Source: Minisyncoccota bacterium (GTDB lineage: Bacteria; Patescibacteriota; Minisyncoccia; Phycocordibacterales; JABMNX01). Taken from it: a stretch of 64,000 bases of DNA. Shown piece after piece: positions 1 to 9,012 of this stretch (position 1 is the stretch's first letter; each line of letters opens with the position of its first letter). Below the pieces are notes generated by a model, which saw only the letters and a program-made list of their open reading frames with translations, ran no database searches and was not told the DNA's origin. The stretch covers positions 204,609-268,608 of the forward strand of contig OZ244961.1 in the NCBI GenBank assembly GCA_965222715.1, written 5' to 3'. A program made the translations under genes and the position numbers.

Positions 1-991
1 GTGCTTCCCGATGCATTTGCTCGGTGCGAATCTGTATCTCAACTGTTCCTGTGGCACCAGTAAACACTGTCGTGTGAATACTTTGGTATCCATTCGGTTT
101 TTTAAAAGCAATGTAGTCTTTTATCTTTCCTGGTAGTGGTCGCCAGAGACCGTGCACAACACCAAGGGCGCGATAACAGTCATCAACAGTTGGGACAATG
201 ATGCGTAAGGCAGAGATATCGTGAATTTTTGAAATATCAAAATCTTTTCGCTCTAGTTTTTTATATAAACTGTAGTGACCTTTAATCCGCTCTTCAGTTT
301 TAAAGTCAGTAATATTATGTTTCGCTAACTCTTTCTTTACGGTTTTGAGTATTTTTGAAAGATTTTTTTCATCCTCAGCACTCTTTTGTTGCAATAGTTC
401 TTCAACCTTTTTACTTTCTTTGGGGTAGACATACGGGAAGGCTAGATCTTCAAGCTCTCGTTTAATGCGTCCCATACCGAGTCGATCAGCAATTGGTGCA
501 TAAATTTCAAGTGTTTCAAGTGCGATACGTTTTTGCTTTTTCTTTGGCACATGCTCAAGAGTGAGCATGTTGTGTCGGCGGTCCATAAGTTTAATAATAA
601 CCACGCGAACATCTTGTGAGGTTGCGATAAAGAGTTTACGTAAACTCTCCATGTGACGTTCAACACCGCGATACCTGAGTGTACCGAGTTTTGTTACACC
701 ATCAACTAAGAAAAGCACTTCTTTGCCGAACGTTTCCTCAATTGTTTTTGGAGACACATCAACGTCTTCGATAGTGTCATGAAGAAAGCCAACCGCAACA
801 CTTGTGGGCCCCATACCAATTTCAGCAAGACTCTTTGCAGTCTCAAATACGTGATTAAAATACGGCTCTCCCGAATATCGAATATGCCCTTCGTGCGCTT
901 TCTTAGCAAACGTATACGCTTTCTTCACCAGCGCAATATCCTTTTCGCCTGAGTTAGTAAGTAGGGAAGTAATGTCCTTGACATCATTCAT
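1..991 (-). CDS. relA: bifunctional (p)ppGpp synthetase/hydrolase, RelA/SpoT family (N-terminal HD + synthetase domains; 3' part lies outside window)
   Basis: Manual minus-strand translation: MNDVKDITS...HEGHIRYSGEPYFNHV...GFLHDTIEDV...RHNML...GYQSIHTTV; start ATG at 991; runs off window at 1. Confidence 0.85.
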   Translation of the reverse strand, partial: MNDVKDITSLLTNSGEKDIALVKKAYTFAKKAHEGHIRYSGEPYFNHVFETAKSLAEIGMGPTSVAVGFLHDTIEDVDVSPKTIEETFGKEVLFLVDGVTKLGTLRYRGVERHMESLRKLFIATSQDVRVVIIKLMDRRHNMLTLEHVPKKKQKRIALETLEIYAPIADRLGMGRIKRELEDLAFPYVYPKESKKVEELLQQKSAEDEKNLSKILKTVKKELAKHNITDFKTEERIKGHYSLYKKLERKDFDISKIHDISALRIIVPTVDDCYRALGVVHGLWRPLPGKIKDYIAFKKPNGYQSIHTTVFTGATGTVEIQIRTEQMHREA

Positions 992-1042
992 AATCTCCAT
1001 TATACTTTTTTTAGCTTTTCATGCAACGGGAGGTTACTCGCC

Positions 1043-1258
1043 ATGAGTTGTAGAACGAACGTTCGTCCTGTTTCGGATGACACAAACGTCGCTCGCCTTC
1101 GTAACAAGAAGAAAAAACCTACCGCTCTTTGTCTCCACTGTGGTCAGTCCCACGGTCAAGGAATCGAAGAGCTGTGCACTCCTCTTTTGAAGGGGGTGTG
1201 TGGAGAAAGAACAGTTAAATTCGGGAATCCAAACTTTCTTTCCCCCTACACGATGTGA
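1043..1258 (+). CDS. small Cys-rich hypothetical protein (71 aa, CLHCGQ motif); alternatively a small structured RNA
   Basis: ORF-track ORF; GGGAGG RBS 8 nt upstream of ATG; followed by intrinsic terminator 1273-1308; no recognisable homology. Confidence 0.3.
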   Translation: MSCRTNVRPVSDDTNVARLRNKKKKPTALCLHCGQSHGQGIEELCTPLLKGVCGERTVKFGNPNFLSPYTM

Positions 1259-1272
1259 TTCGAATCTGTAGG

Positions 1273-1308
1273 CCGCCAGGAAGCACGTGCTTCCTTGGCG
1301 GTTTTTTA
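1273..1308 (+). terminator. rho-independent terminator hairpin (CCGCCAGGAAGCACG/CGTGCTTCCTTGGCGG + T6)
   Basis: near-perfect 15-bp inverted repeat followed by TTTTTT on plus strand; abuts topA stop. Confidence 0.6.
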
Positions 1309-3543
1309 TTTAGATGACTTCCGAGTAGTTTTCTTAGCAGTCTTCTTCGCCACTTTTTTAGGAGTACGTTTTCGTGTTTTCTTTTCTTCAGCAAGAATTT
1401 CTAGTGCTCGAGGTAATTCAATAGTGTATACATCATCTGTTTTAAGTGAGCGAAAATCACCATCATGCACAATAAAGGGACCAAATCGTCCAATGCCCGC
1501 GGTAATCTCTTCACCTGTTTCAGGATGTTTTCCAAGAACACGGGGTACGCTTAAATACTTTGCAGCATCTTCCACTGTCACTTCATCAATATCTTTATCT
1601 TTTGGGATACTTGCACGTCGTGGCTTTTCTTTCTTTCGTTCTCCTTTTTGGGGAGTTGCACCAAGTTGTACATAGGGACCAAACCGTCCTGTGAGTAAAT
1701 AAATATCTTCACCGCTTTCTGGGTGCTTTCCAATTGGTTTATCTGGTTCAATAACTTTACCTTCAATTGTGCGAGCACCATCACACTCTGGAAATCGTGC
1801 GCAGCTTAAGAACTTACCACCACGACCAAGTTTGATGACCATCTTACTGTCACATTTGGGGCAGGGGAATTCATCAGGTGCGTCACCAAGTGTAGTAATT
1901 TTTTCAAGATCTTCTTTTGCCTCAACATCTTTTCGAAATGGAGTATAAAAGTCTTGGAGTGTTTTCGTATACTCACGTTTTCCTTCTGCAATTTCATCAA
2001 GTTCATTTTCCATTTCTGCAGTAAACGAGTCACTGATGTAGTTTTCAAAATTCTTTTCCAAAAATGAGCTCACCACATCTCCTGTATCAGTTGGAAAGAG
2101 CGTTCGTCCCTCCTTATAGACATATTCACGATCTTGAAGCGTCTTCATAATAGATGCGTATGTTGACGGCCGACCAATACCTCGCTTTTCAAGTTCTTTA
2201 ATAAGTCCTGCTTCAGTGTAGCGCTGTGGTGGTTGCGTTTGTTTTGCTTCTGAGTGTATATCAGTAAGAGTAAGTACTTCTCCTTCTTCAACCTTAGGAA
2301 GCTCAGTATCTTCACCGCGAGCCCGTGGGTCTGCTTTGAGCCACCCATCAAAGACAACTCGAGAACCATTTGCGGTAAAAGCAGGTATCTCAGCATCTGT
2401 AGTAGTGGTTATTTTTGTACGAAGTACACGAGCATCTGCCATTTGGGACGCAATCGTTCTCTCCCAAATGAGGGTATATAATTTTTTCTGATCATCTGTG
2501 GTGCCGGCACGTTCTTTAGATATGTTTGATGGTCGTATTGCTTCGTGAGCTTCTTGCGCTGATTTACTTGATGTTTTATATGCACGGGTGGTGCTGTATT
2601 CTTCTCCATACTTTTTCTTTACTAACGTCGTAATTTGTCCAAGCGCTTGGTTACTGAGGTTGGTACTATCCGTACGCATATAGGTAATATGTCCAGCCTC
2701 ATACAATTTCTGTGCTACACCCATGGTGCGAGAAGGTGCAAAGCCAAGTCGAGTGCTGGCAACTTGCTGAAGTGTTGAGGTAATAAATGGTGGACGTGGT
2801 GCACGTTTCACTTCAGTTTCCTTTACCATATCGACTGTCCATGATGCTTTTTTACCTTCCGTGACAATACGTTTCGTTTCAACTTCTTCTTTAGGTTCAA
2901 CTGAACAGGTAATGGTAAACGACTCTTTCTTTTGTGTCGCCACATTAGCAGTAATAACCCAAAAATCTTCTGGTATAAATTCACGTATCTCTCGCTCTCG
3001 CTCCATAAGGATACGTAGTGCGGGAGATTGTACTCGTCCTGCTGAGAGTCCATAGCGAACTTTTTTCCAAATAAGCCCTGAGAGATCATAGCCAACCAGT
3101 CTATCAAGTACTCGCCGAGCTTCCTGAGCTTGTTTGAGATGCTCATCAATATCTCGTGGGTGAGCAACAGCTTCCTGTACTGCTTCTTTGGTGATTTCAT
3201 TAAACACCACACGTTTTGGTGTTGTAAGTTGAAGAGCTTCTTTAAGGTGCCAGGCAATTGCCTCACCTTCTCGGTCGGGGTCAGTTGCAAGAAGTACCTC
3301 GTCTGCTTCATTCGCAAGTTCTTTTAACTCTTCAAGAACATCTTCTTTGCCGCGTGATACTTCATAGTTAGGAATAAACCCCCCTTTGATATCGATAGCA
3401 TTTTTATTACTTTTAGGGAGATCGCGCACATGTCCGACTGATGCGCGCACCACAAATTCACCTTTCTGTGTGTGAGGAAGGTCGTCGAGATATTTTGTTA
3501 TTGTTTTTGCTTTCGCAGGTGATTCAACAATTAATAATTTCAT
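1306..3543 (-). CDS. topA: DNA topoisomerase I
   Basis: 745 aa ORF; TOPRIM/Topo IA motifs, C-terminal zinc-ribbon repeats and Lys-rich tail. Confidence 0.95.
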   Translation of the reverse strand: MKLLIVESPAKAKTITKYLDDLPHTQKGEFVVRASVGHVRDLPKSNKNAIDIKGGFIPNYEVSRGKEDVLEELKELANEADEVLLATDPDREGEAIAWHLKEALQLTTPKRVVFNEITKEAVQEAVAHPRDIDEHLKQAQEARRVLDRLVGYDLSGLIWKKVRYGLSAGRVQSPALRILMEREREIREFIPEDFWVITANVATQKKESFTITCSVEPKEEVETKRIVTEGKKASWTVDMVKETEVKRAPRPPFITSTLQQVASTRLGFAPSRTMGVAQKLYEAGHITYMRTDSTNLSNQALGQITTLVKKKYGEEYSTTRAYKTSSKSAQEAHEAIRPSNISKERAGTTDDQKKLYTLIWERTIASQMADARVLRTKITTTTDAEIPAFTANGSRVVFDGWLKADPRARGEDTELPKVEEGEVLTLTDIHSEAKQTQPPQRYTEAGLIKELEKRGIGRPSTYASIMKTLQDREYVYKEGRTLFPTDTGDVVSSFLEKNFENYISDSFTAEMENELDEIAEGKREYTKTLQDFYTPFRKDVEAKEDLEKITTLGDAPDEFPCPKCDSKMVIKLGRGGKFLSCARFPECDGARTIEGKVIEPDKPIGKHPESGEDIYLLTGRFGPYVQLGATPQKGERKKEKPRRASIPKDKDIDEVTVEDAAKYLSVPRVLGKHPETGEEITAGIGRFGPFIVHDGDFRSLKTDDVYTIELPRALEILAEEKKTRKRTPKKVAKKTAKKTTRKSSK

Positions 3544-3606
3544 ATATACGTTACAGGTGTACGTGAAAGTAAATGTTGTGTCAAGTTTTCTATACTACTA
3601 CAGTCT

Positions 3607-4464
3607 TTAATCAGCACAACGAAATTCTCCCATTCGCTCAATAATAATACCCTTTAACTCCATTGCTGAAAGTAGTACGTGCGCTTCTGTCACTGGTAGC
3701 TCAAGTGCATCAATGAGTGTATCTCTATGCATGGGGTGACTAAGTAGCTCTACTACTTTTTTCTCAGCATCGCTTAATGTTTCCAAATGCTGCATGTGGG
3801 GAGTGACGTGTATGCCGAGTGCTTCAAGAATATCATCACTTGAAGTAATAGGTGTTGCACCATTCTTTATTAACATGTGTGGCCCGTATGAAAGTCGTGA
3901 AAACACTGTGTTTGGCACGGTGAGTACATCCCGATTGTATTCCATTGCGAGTCGAGCGGTTATGAGTGTTCCTGATTTTTCCCCTGCTTCAATAACAAGT
4001 GTTGCGTGTGAGAGCCCCGCCATAATTCTATTTCGCTGCGGGAAACTATATGGTGTTGCGCGGAATGTTGGTTCAAATTCTGAAAGTAACCCACCGCCAG
4101 AGGAGAGTATGTCACGCGCAAGTGATTGATTGGTGCGTGGGTAGAGTACCGAGTCATGTAATCCTGATCCAGGGACGGCTACCGTATGAAGCCCTGCAGC
4201 AAGGGCCGCTCTGTGTGCGAGTGCGTCCATGCCAAGAGCAAGTCCTGAGACAATAGCAATGGGGTAACCGCGAAGGCCGTGAATAAACGTCTCACACACA
4301 TCTTTCCCGTACGGTGAGTGACGTCGTGAACCAACCACACACAATAGTATTGTATTTTCCTGTGGAAGAGATCCTCGTAGGTAAAGTGTTTTAGGCGGGT
4401 CAGGTATTTCGTTAAGAAGTTGCGGGAACTCATCTGGAGTAAGTTGTCTCACTGTGTGCTCCAT
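3607..4464 (-). CDS. dprA: DNA processing protein DprA (Smf)
   Basis: 285 aa; Rossmann-like DprA core (GxAxGxDxxAH), conserved dprA-topA gene order. Confidence 0.85.
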   Translation of the reverse strand: MEHTVRQLTPDEFPQLLNEIPDPPKTLYLRGSLPQENTILLCVVGSRRHSPYGKDVCETFIHGLRGYPIAIVSGLALGMDALAHRAALAAGLHTVAVPGSGLHDSVLYPRTNQSLARDILSSGGGLLSEFEPTFRATPYSFPQRNRIMAGLSHATLVIEAGEKSGTLITARLAMEYNRDVLTVPNTVFSRLSYGPHMLIKNGATPITSSDDILEALGIHVTPHMQHLETLSDAEKKVVELLSHPMHRDTLIDALELPVTEAHVLLSAMELKGIIIERMGEFRCAD

Positions 4465-4511
4465 AGTACTATGTAGTGTATCATTGTTGCTGAAACACTG
4501 ACCAATACCTT

Positions 4512-5783
4512 ATGTTAGATATTCAGTTTATTCGAGAGAACAAGAAACTCATTGAAGAGGGCGCACGTAAAAAGCGCATGGATGTTGACATTGATCGACT
4601 CATTACCATTGATGATAAACGTCGAGAACTCCTTAGCTCTATTGAAAAGAAACGTGCACAACAAAACAGTGCAAACGACAGTATCACAAATACAGAAGAT
4701 CAGACTGAAAAGGATCGGCTTATCGCAGACATGAAAGGCATAAAAGAGGCGATCCAAAAAGAAGAAGAAGTATTAAAAGGAGTGATGGAAGAGTGGCAAG
4801 CTCTCATGCTTCAGGTACCTAACATTCCTGACATGTCAGTACCCGAGGGGGAAGATGACGCTGACAACAAAGAAATTAAAGTTTGGGGGGAGAAGCCACA
4901 ATTTTCTTTCACTCCAAAGAGTCACGTTGAGATAATGACAGAACTTGATATTGCTGACTTTGAGCGGGGTACAAAAGTACACGGTTTTCGTGGATATTTT
5001 TTAAAAAAGGATGGCGCACTACTTTCGTATGCTATTTGGAATTACGCACACGAGTTCTTTCTTAAAAAAGGGTTTGTGCCACTTCTTGGCCCAACAATTG
5101 TGCGCAAGAATAACCTCTACGGCACAGGACACTTACCAAATGATGCTGATGATGTGTACCACACACAAGATGACGATTATCTTATTGGGACCTCAGAGAT
5201 TTCTACTATGGGGTATCACTCAGATGAAATTTTAGATAAAAATGCATTACCGCTAAAGTACCTTGCCTTTTCTCCGTGTTATAGAAGGGAAGCGGGAAGT
5301 CATGGAAAAGACACCAAAGGACTCATTCGAGTACATGAATTCTATAAAGTTGAGCAAGTAATTTTGTGTGAAGCAAGTCACGAGGAGTCAGTGAAGTGGC
5401 ATGAGTGGATTAATCGAAATACTGAAGAGTTCATTGAATCACTCGGTATTCCGTATCATACAGTACTAAACTGCGGTGGTGATATTGGGCAAGGACAAGT
5501 AAAGAAATATGATATTGAGCTGTGGGTACCACTTGAGGAGAAGTACCGAGAGATTAGCTCAGCATCATACTTCCATGATTTCCAGACACGCCGTTTTAAT
5601 ACCAAGTATCGTGACGAAGAAGGCAAAGCTCGTTACGCACACTCACTAAACTGCACTGCTATACCAACCCCACGAGTACTCGTTTCATTGGTTGAAAACT
5701 TTCAACAAGAAGATGGGTCTGTAAAGATTCCCGAAGTATTAAGGCCGTACCTTGGTGGTAAAGAAGTAATCACAAAGAAGTAA
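4512..5783 (+). CDS. serS: seryl-tRNA synthetase
   Basis: 423 aa; N-terminal coiled coil + class II aaRS core motifs. Confidence 0.95.
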   Translation: MLDIQFIRENKKLIEEGARKKRMDVDIDRLITIDDKRRELLSSIEKKRAQQNSANDSITNTEDQTEKDRLIADMKGIKEAIQKEEEVLKGVMEEWQALMLQVPNIPDMSVPEGEDDADNKEIKVWGEKPQFSFTPKSHVEIMTELDIADFERGTKVHGFRGYFLKKDGALLSYAIWNYAHEFFLKKGFVPLLGPTIVRKNNLYGTGHLPNDADDVYHTQDDDYLIGTSEISTMGYHSDEILDKNALPLKYLAFSPCYRREAGSHGKDTKGLIRVHEFYKVEQVILCEASHEESVKWHEWINRNTEEFIESLGIPYHTVLNCGGDIGQGQVKKYDIELWVPLEEKYREISSASYFHDFQTRRFNTKYRDEEGKARYAHSLNCTAIPTPRVLVSLVENFQQEDGSVKIPEVLRPYLGGKEVITKK

Positions 5784-5784
5784 T

Positions 5785-6645
5785 ATGGGTATATTTGCTC
5801 GTCGTAGGACGATGCGTTCAGCAAAACGAATACAACAGATTCGGCGGCGGCTCTTGGTACGAGGAGGAATACTCCTTGCCATCATCATTATTGTACTTGG
5901 TGGACTCTCTTTTCTATCACACCACAAAACTTTTTTGATTGAACGTATTGTAGTGAATGGCAATAATGTAGTACAGAATGCAAGTATCGAACATCTTGCA
6001 CGAGAGACGTTTTCTGGAAGCTATTTCTATCTCTTCTCTCGCTCAAACAGTCTCATCTTTCCTTCGGGTGAACTTACGGCACGTATTCTTGAGAATATTT
6101 CACAAATTGAGTCGGTGGATATTGTGCGGACTGATCTACACACTATTTCAATTGATGTAGTTGAACAAAGACCGTTTGCGCTCTGGTGTCGTGAGTTTAT
6201 TATCGCCAAAGACAGCGAAGAAGAGAGTGAGGAAGAATGTTTTTTCTTAAACAGTGAAGGGTTTATTTTTGCTGAAGCACCAAACTTTACTGGAAATGTA
6301 TTCTTCCGTTTTTATGGTGAAGTGAAAGGTGATGAACCAATTCGAAAACGATATACTACTACCACTGAGTTTCTTCGCATGAATGTGCTCATCGATTCTT
6401 TAGAAGGCTTGGCGGTGACACCGATAGAACTTCGTCCAGAAAATGAGCAGGATTTCGCACTTTATCTTGAGGAAGGAGGAAAGATTATTTACAATCGAGA
6501 ACAACGCCCATCAGAAATAGTTGATAACCTAAAGGCAGTTCTGGATTCAGAATTGTTCAAAGAAGTTGGACTTGTAGGAACTGACTATATTGATTTACGC
6601 TTTGGTAACAAAGTCTACTTTAAAGCAAAAAGTGAGAGTAGGTAA
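5785..6645 (+). CDS. ftsQ: cell-division protein FtsQ/DivIB-like (N-terminal TM + POTRA)
   Basis: 286 aa; basic N-terminus, single TM, POTRA-like 'IERIVVNGNNVV' segment. Confidence 0.5.
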   Translation: MGIFARRRTMRSAKRIQQIRRRLLVRGGILLAIIIIVLGGLSFLSHHKTFLIERIVVNGNNVVQNASIEHLARETFSGSYFYLFSRSNSLIFPSGELTARILENISQIESVDIVRTDLHTISIDVVEQRPFALWCREFIIAKDSEEESEEECFFLNSEGFIFAEAPNFTGNVFFRFYGEVKGDEPIRKRYTTTTEFLRMNVLIDSLEGLAVTPIELRPENEQDFALYLEEGGKIIYNREQRPSEIVDNLKAVLDSELFKEVGLVGTDYIDLRFGNKVYFKAKSESR

Positions 6646-6654
6646 AATAGAAAA

Positions 6655-6786
6655 CCGGCGTCGCCTCAACTCCAAGTCCACTGATCAAAAGATCGGGGAT
6701 CAAGAAGTGGGCGACGCCGGGGTGTCAGACGGGTGTCGAGGCCGTCTGACTCGGACGTCGAGCGATGAGGGGGCGAAAATCGCTCG
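6655..6786. other. cluster of three perfect hairpins in a GC-rich segment (11-bp stem 6655-6665/6710-6720; 9-bp stem 6724-6732/6742-6750; 8-bp stem 6759-6766/6779-6786)
   Basis: inverted repeats read directly from sequence; GC ~60% vs ~40% background. Confidence 0.5.
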
Positions 6787-6794
6787 GCCCGATG

Positions 6795-6968
6795 TTACTT
6801 CTGGAACCTGTTGGTAACCCAGAAAAAGAATCGGGAGAGCAGGGCGTCCGGATTCCGGTACACGTAGGCGTCCGGATTGTGACCGTGCTGTTGTTCGACT
6901 TCGTCCATCTCGCGAAGCATCGCTGCTGTTCGAGAGAGAGGACTTGAACATGTTTGGAAAGCGCTCAT
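6795..6968 (-). CDS. small hypothetical protein (57 aa) in GC-rich islet
   Basis: manual translation MSAFQTCSSPLSRTAAMLREMDEVEQQHGHNPDAYVYRNPDALLSRFFFWVTNRFQK; GGAGGAG RBS 8 nt upstream; below ORF-track size cut-off. Confidence 0.25.
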   Translation of the reverse strand: MSAFQTCSSPLSRTAAMLREMDEVEQQHGHNPDAYVYRNPDALLSRFFFWVTNRFQK

Positions 6969-7060
6969 CTTGGTAATTCTCCTCCTCGTGTGGGGTCTGT
7001 GTTGACCCCTCCCTGTTGTAACGTACTTTTATGATTAAAAGTATAGCATAGTATGGTATA

Positions 7061-8095
7061 ATGTCAAGTATGGATACACAGATACATAATAAAGCAGAAC
7101 ATGGCTTCTGGAGCAGCCTTACCAAGCCGTTTTTTGTCCTAGCACCACTTGCGGATGTGACTGATCCAGCATTCCGTCGCGTTATTGCACAGTATGGCAA
7201 ACCAGATGTTATGTGGACTGAGTTTGTATCTGCTGATGGACTTTTCTTAGCAGATGCTGAAGGACAGGAGAAAATAAAAAAAGATCTTATCTATACAGAG
7301 GAAGAACGTCCAATTGTGGCGCAGTTATTTTCTTCACAACCTGAAATGATGCGTCGAGCTTCTCAATATGTTACAGAATGTGGCTTTGATGGTTTTGATA
7401 TTAATATGGGATGCCCTGATCGAAGTATTGAAAAGCAAGGGTCAGGTGCAGCACTTATTAAAACACCTGAATTAGCACAAGAGCTTGTATGTGCCGCAAA
7501 GGAAGGAGTACGCGATGCAGTAAAGAAAGGCGCACAACCCATTCCGGTTTCAGTAAAAACACGGATTGGGTATAACGTAAATGAACTTGAAGAGTGGCTT
7601 CCAAAACTTCTTGAGGTCACACCAGCTGTTATTACTATTCATGCACGAACACGAAAAGAAATGTCAAAAGTACCAGCTCGTTGGGAAGAGGTAAGGCGAG
7701 CTGTTGAAATGCGAAATAGACTACAGAGTAACACCCTCATTATTGGTAATGGTGATGCACTTGATATTGCTGATGCAAGAAAAAAAGCAGAAATGAGCGG
7801 ATGCGATGGGGTAATGCTCGGGCGGGCTATTTTTGGGAATCCATGGCTTTTTGAAGAGTTACATGGAGAGAAAAGTATTGTCTCAGTAGAAGAGAGGTTA
7901 CGAGTCCTTGTTGAGCACACAAAATTTTTTGAAGAACTATTAGGGCACAAAAGTTTTTCCATTATGAAAAAACACTACAAGGCGTATGTGAATGGTTTTG
8001 ATGGCGCAAAAGAACTACGTATGCAGCTCATGGAAGCAAAAGACGCTACTGAAGTTGAAAGAGGGATACAAGAATTTCTTACATCGGTGGCTTGA
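7061..8095 (+). CDS. dus: tRNA-dihydrouridine synthase
   Basis: 344 aa; Dus TIM-barrel motifs (LAPLADVTD, catalytic Cys region). Confidence 0.9.
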   Translation: MSSMDTQIHNKAEHGFWSSLTKPFFVLAPLADVTDPAFRRVIAQYGKPDVMWTEFVSADGLFLADAEGQEKIKKDLIYTEEERPIVAQLFSSQPEMMRRASQYVTECGFDGFDINMGCPDRSIEKQGSGAALIKTPELAQELVCAAKEGVRDAVKKGAQPIPVSVKTRIGYNVNELEEWLPKLLEVTPAVITIHARTRKEMSKVPARWEEVRRAVEMRNRLQSNTLIIGNGDALDIADARKKAEMSGCDGVMLGRAIFGNPWLFEELHGEKSIVSVEERLRVLVEHTKFFEELLGHKSFSIMKKHYKAYVNGFDGAKELRMQLMEAKDATEVERGIQEFLTSVA

Positions 8096-8166
8096 TTTTT
8101 ATTAATAAATGTGGTTTTATTTATACAGAATACGTTTCGTCTGTAACTGTTTAAGGAGAAACACCC

Positions 8167-8550
8167 ATGACGTACCTACGTCTAGTGGTCGTGGTGCTGC
8201 TCGTAACAGCCGCCACAGTTGTAGCTGCGTTACTTGACGTATACGGCTACGTTGATCCTCGCACACCTTTGGGTGCACTTATTCTTGGGGTGCCGGGCAT
8301 GCTTTTCGGCTTCTACCTACACAAAACATCAAAAGTCTATTGGCCCATAAAGCACCTCGCTTTGCTACTCCCGATCGCACTGGTGTGGATGTTTGCAAAT
8401 ACGGCTCAGTTGACACAGTACATCAGCCGTTCCGCTGAACATCTTGCCTTCTCGGTCGAGCCCGCTCTATTCCTCAGTGTTGTGGCGACAGTGTTTTCTG
8501 GGTATGCGGTCTTCACGCTCTCATACCTCATGCGCCGTATTTTTTCCTAG
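8167..8550 (+). CDS. hypothetical membrane protein (3-4 TM), GC-rich
   Basis: 127 aa ORF with strong AAGGAGA RBS; hydrophobic segments. Confidence 0.5.
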   Translation: MTYLRLVVVVLLVTAATVVAALLDVYGYVDPRTPLGALILGVPGMLFGFYLHKTSKVYWPIKHLALLLPIALVWMFANTAQLTQYISRSAEHLAFSVEPALFLSVVATVFSGYAVFTLSYLMRRIFS

Positions 8551-8647
8551 CACATCTACGGTGTCGATTCGTCTATATCGCAGACATTCTGCTATCCGAG
8601 CACAAAGTACATGTGTTCGGATTTTCTTTTAGTGGAACACGAGATAC

Positions 8648-8676
8648 TTGACAAAAATAAAATATATAATTATAAT
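8648..8676 (+). promoter_or_regulatory. consensus sigma70-type promoter TTGACA-17-TATAAT
   Basis: exact TTGACA (8648-8653), 17-nt spacer, TATAAT (8671-8676); AGGAGG RBS then ATG 8708. Confidence 0.55.
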
Positions 8677-8707
8677 ATTAGTTAGAAATCAGTAGGAGGT
8701 TCAAGAC

Positions 8708-8923
8708 ATGCATATAAATGAACGACGTTTTCTACTCCTCTTCGGCATCTTTGTCGGAACACTCATGTTTTCGGTATTTCTTGCCGGGGTTTTCAGTCCG
8801 GTTTTCATGGTGATCGTTCATTTCACCGGATTTCCAATGAGTGCTTTGATCTTGATCTGGTGCCTCGGAATATCGGGATTGGTCACCCTTTGGGCCGCAA
8901 ATAAGGCGCCAAGAAGTTTCTAA
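8708..8923 (+). CDS. small hypothetical membrane protein (71 aa, 2 TM)
   Basis: ORF with consensus promoter and AGGAGG RBS upstream. Confidence 0.45.
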   Translation: MHINERRFLLLFGIFVGTLMFSVFLAGVFSPVFMVIVHFTGFPMSALILIWCLGISGLVTLWAANKAPRSF

Positions 8924-8940
8924 AACCAAATACTCAGATG

Positions 8941-8979
8941 AGCCCAGCAATACGGAGTGATTGTTGGGCTTTCTTTTTG
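8941..8979 (+). terminator. intrinsic terminator (AGCCCAGCAAT...ATTGTTGGGCT + T-run)
   Basis: 11-bp stem with one G.U pair followed by TTCTTTTTG. Confidence 0.5.
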
Positions 8980-9012
8980 ATAAAGTTCACGTGGTATACT
9001 CTACCTAACCTT

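Noticed and set aside
1273-1301. Possible SRP (4.5S) RNA because of the CAGGAAGCA string
   Set aside because: The hairpin is a near-perfect palindrome with no asymmetric internal loops of SRP helix 8. Better explained as an intrinsic terminator.
1295-1675. 126-aa plus-strand ORF
   Set aside because: Lies antisense inside topA, with no RBS and low-complexity composition. Chance ORF.
6700-7200. 166-aa minus-strand ORF
   Set aside because: Overlaps the dus start codon on the opposite strand, is Ser/Arg/Pro-rich and is typical of spurious ORFs in GC-rich DNA. The 57-aa ORF with an RBS is the more plausible reading of the region.
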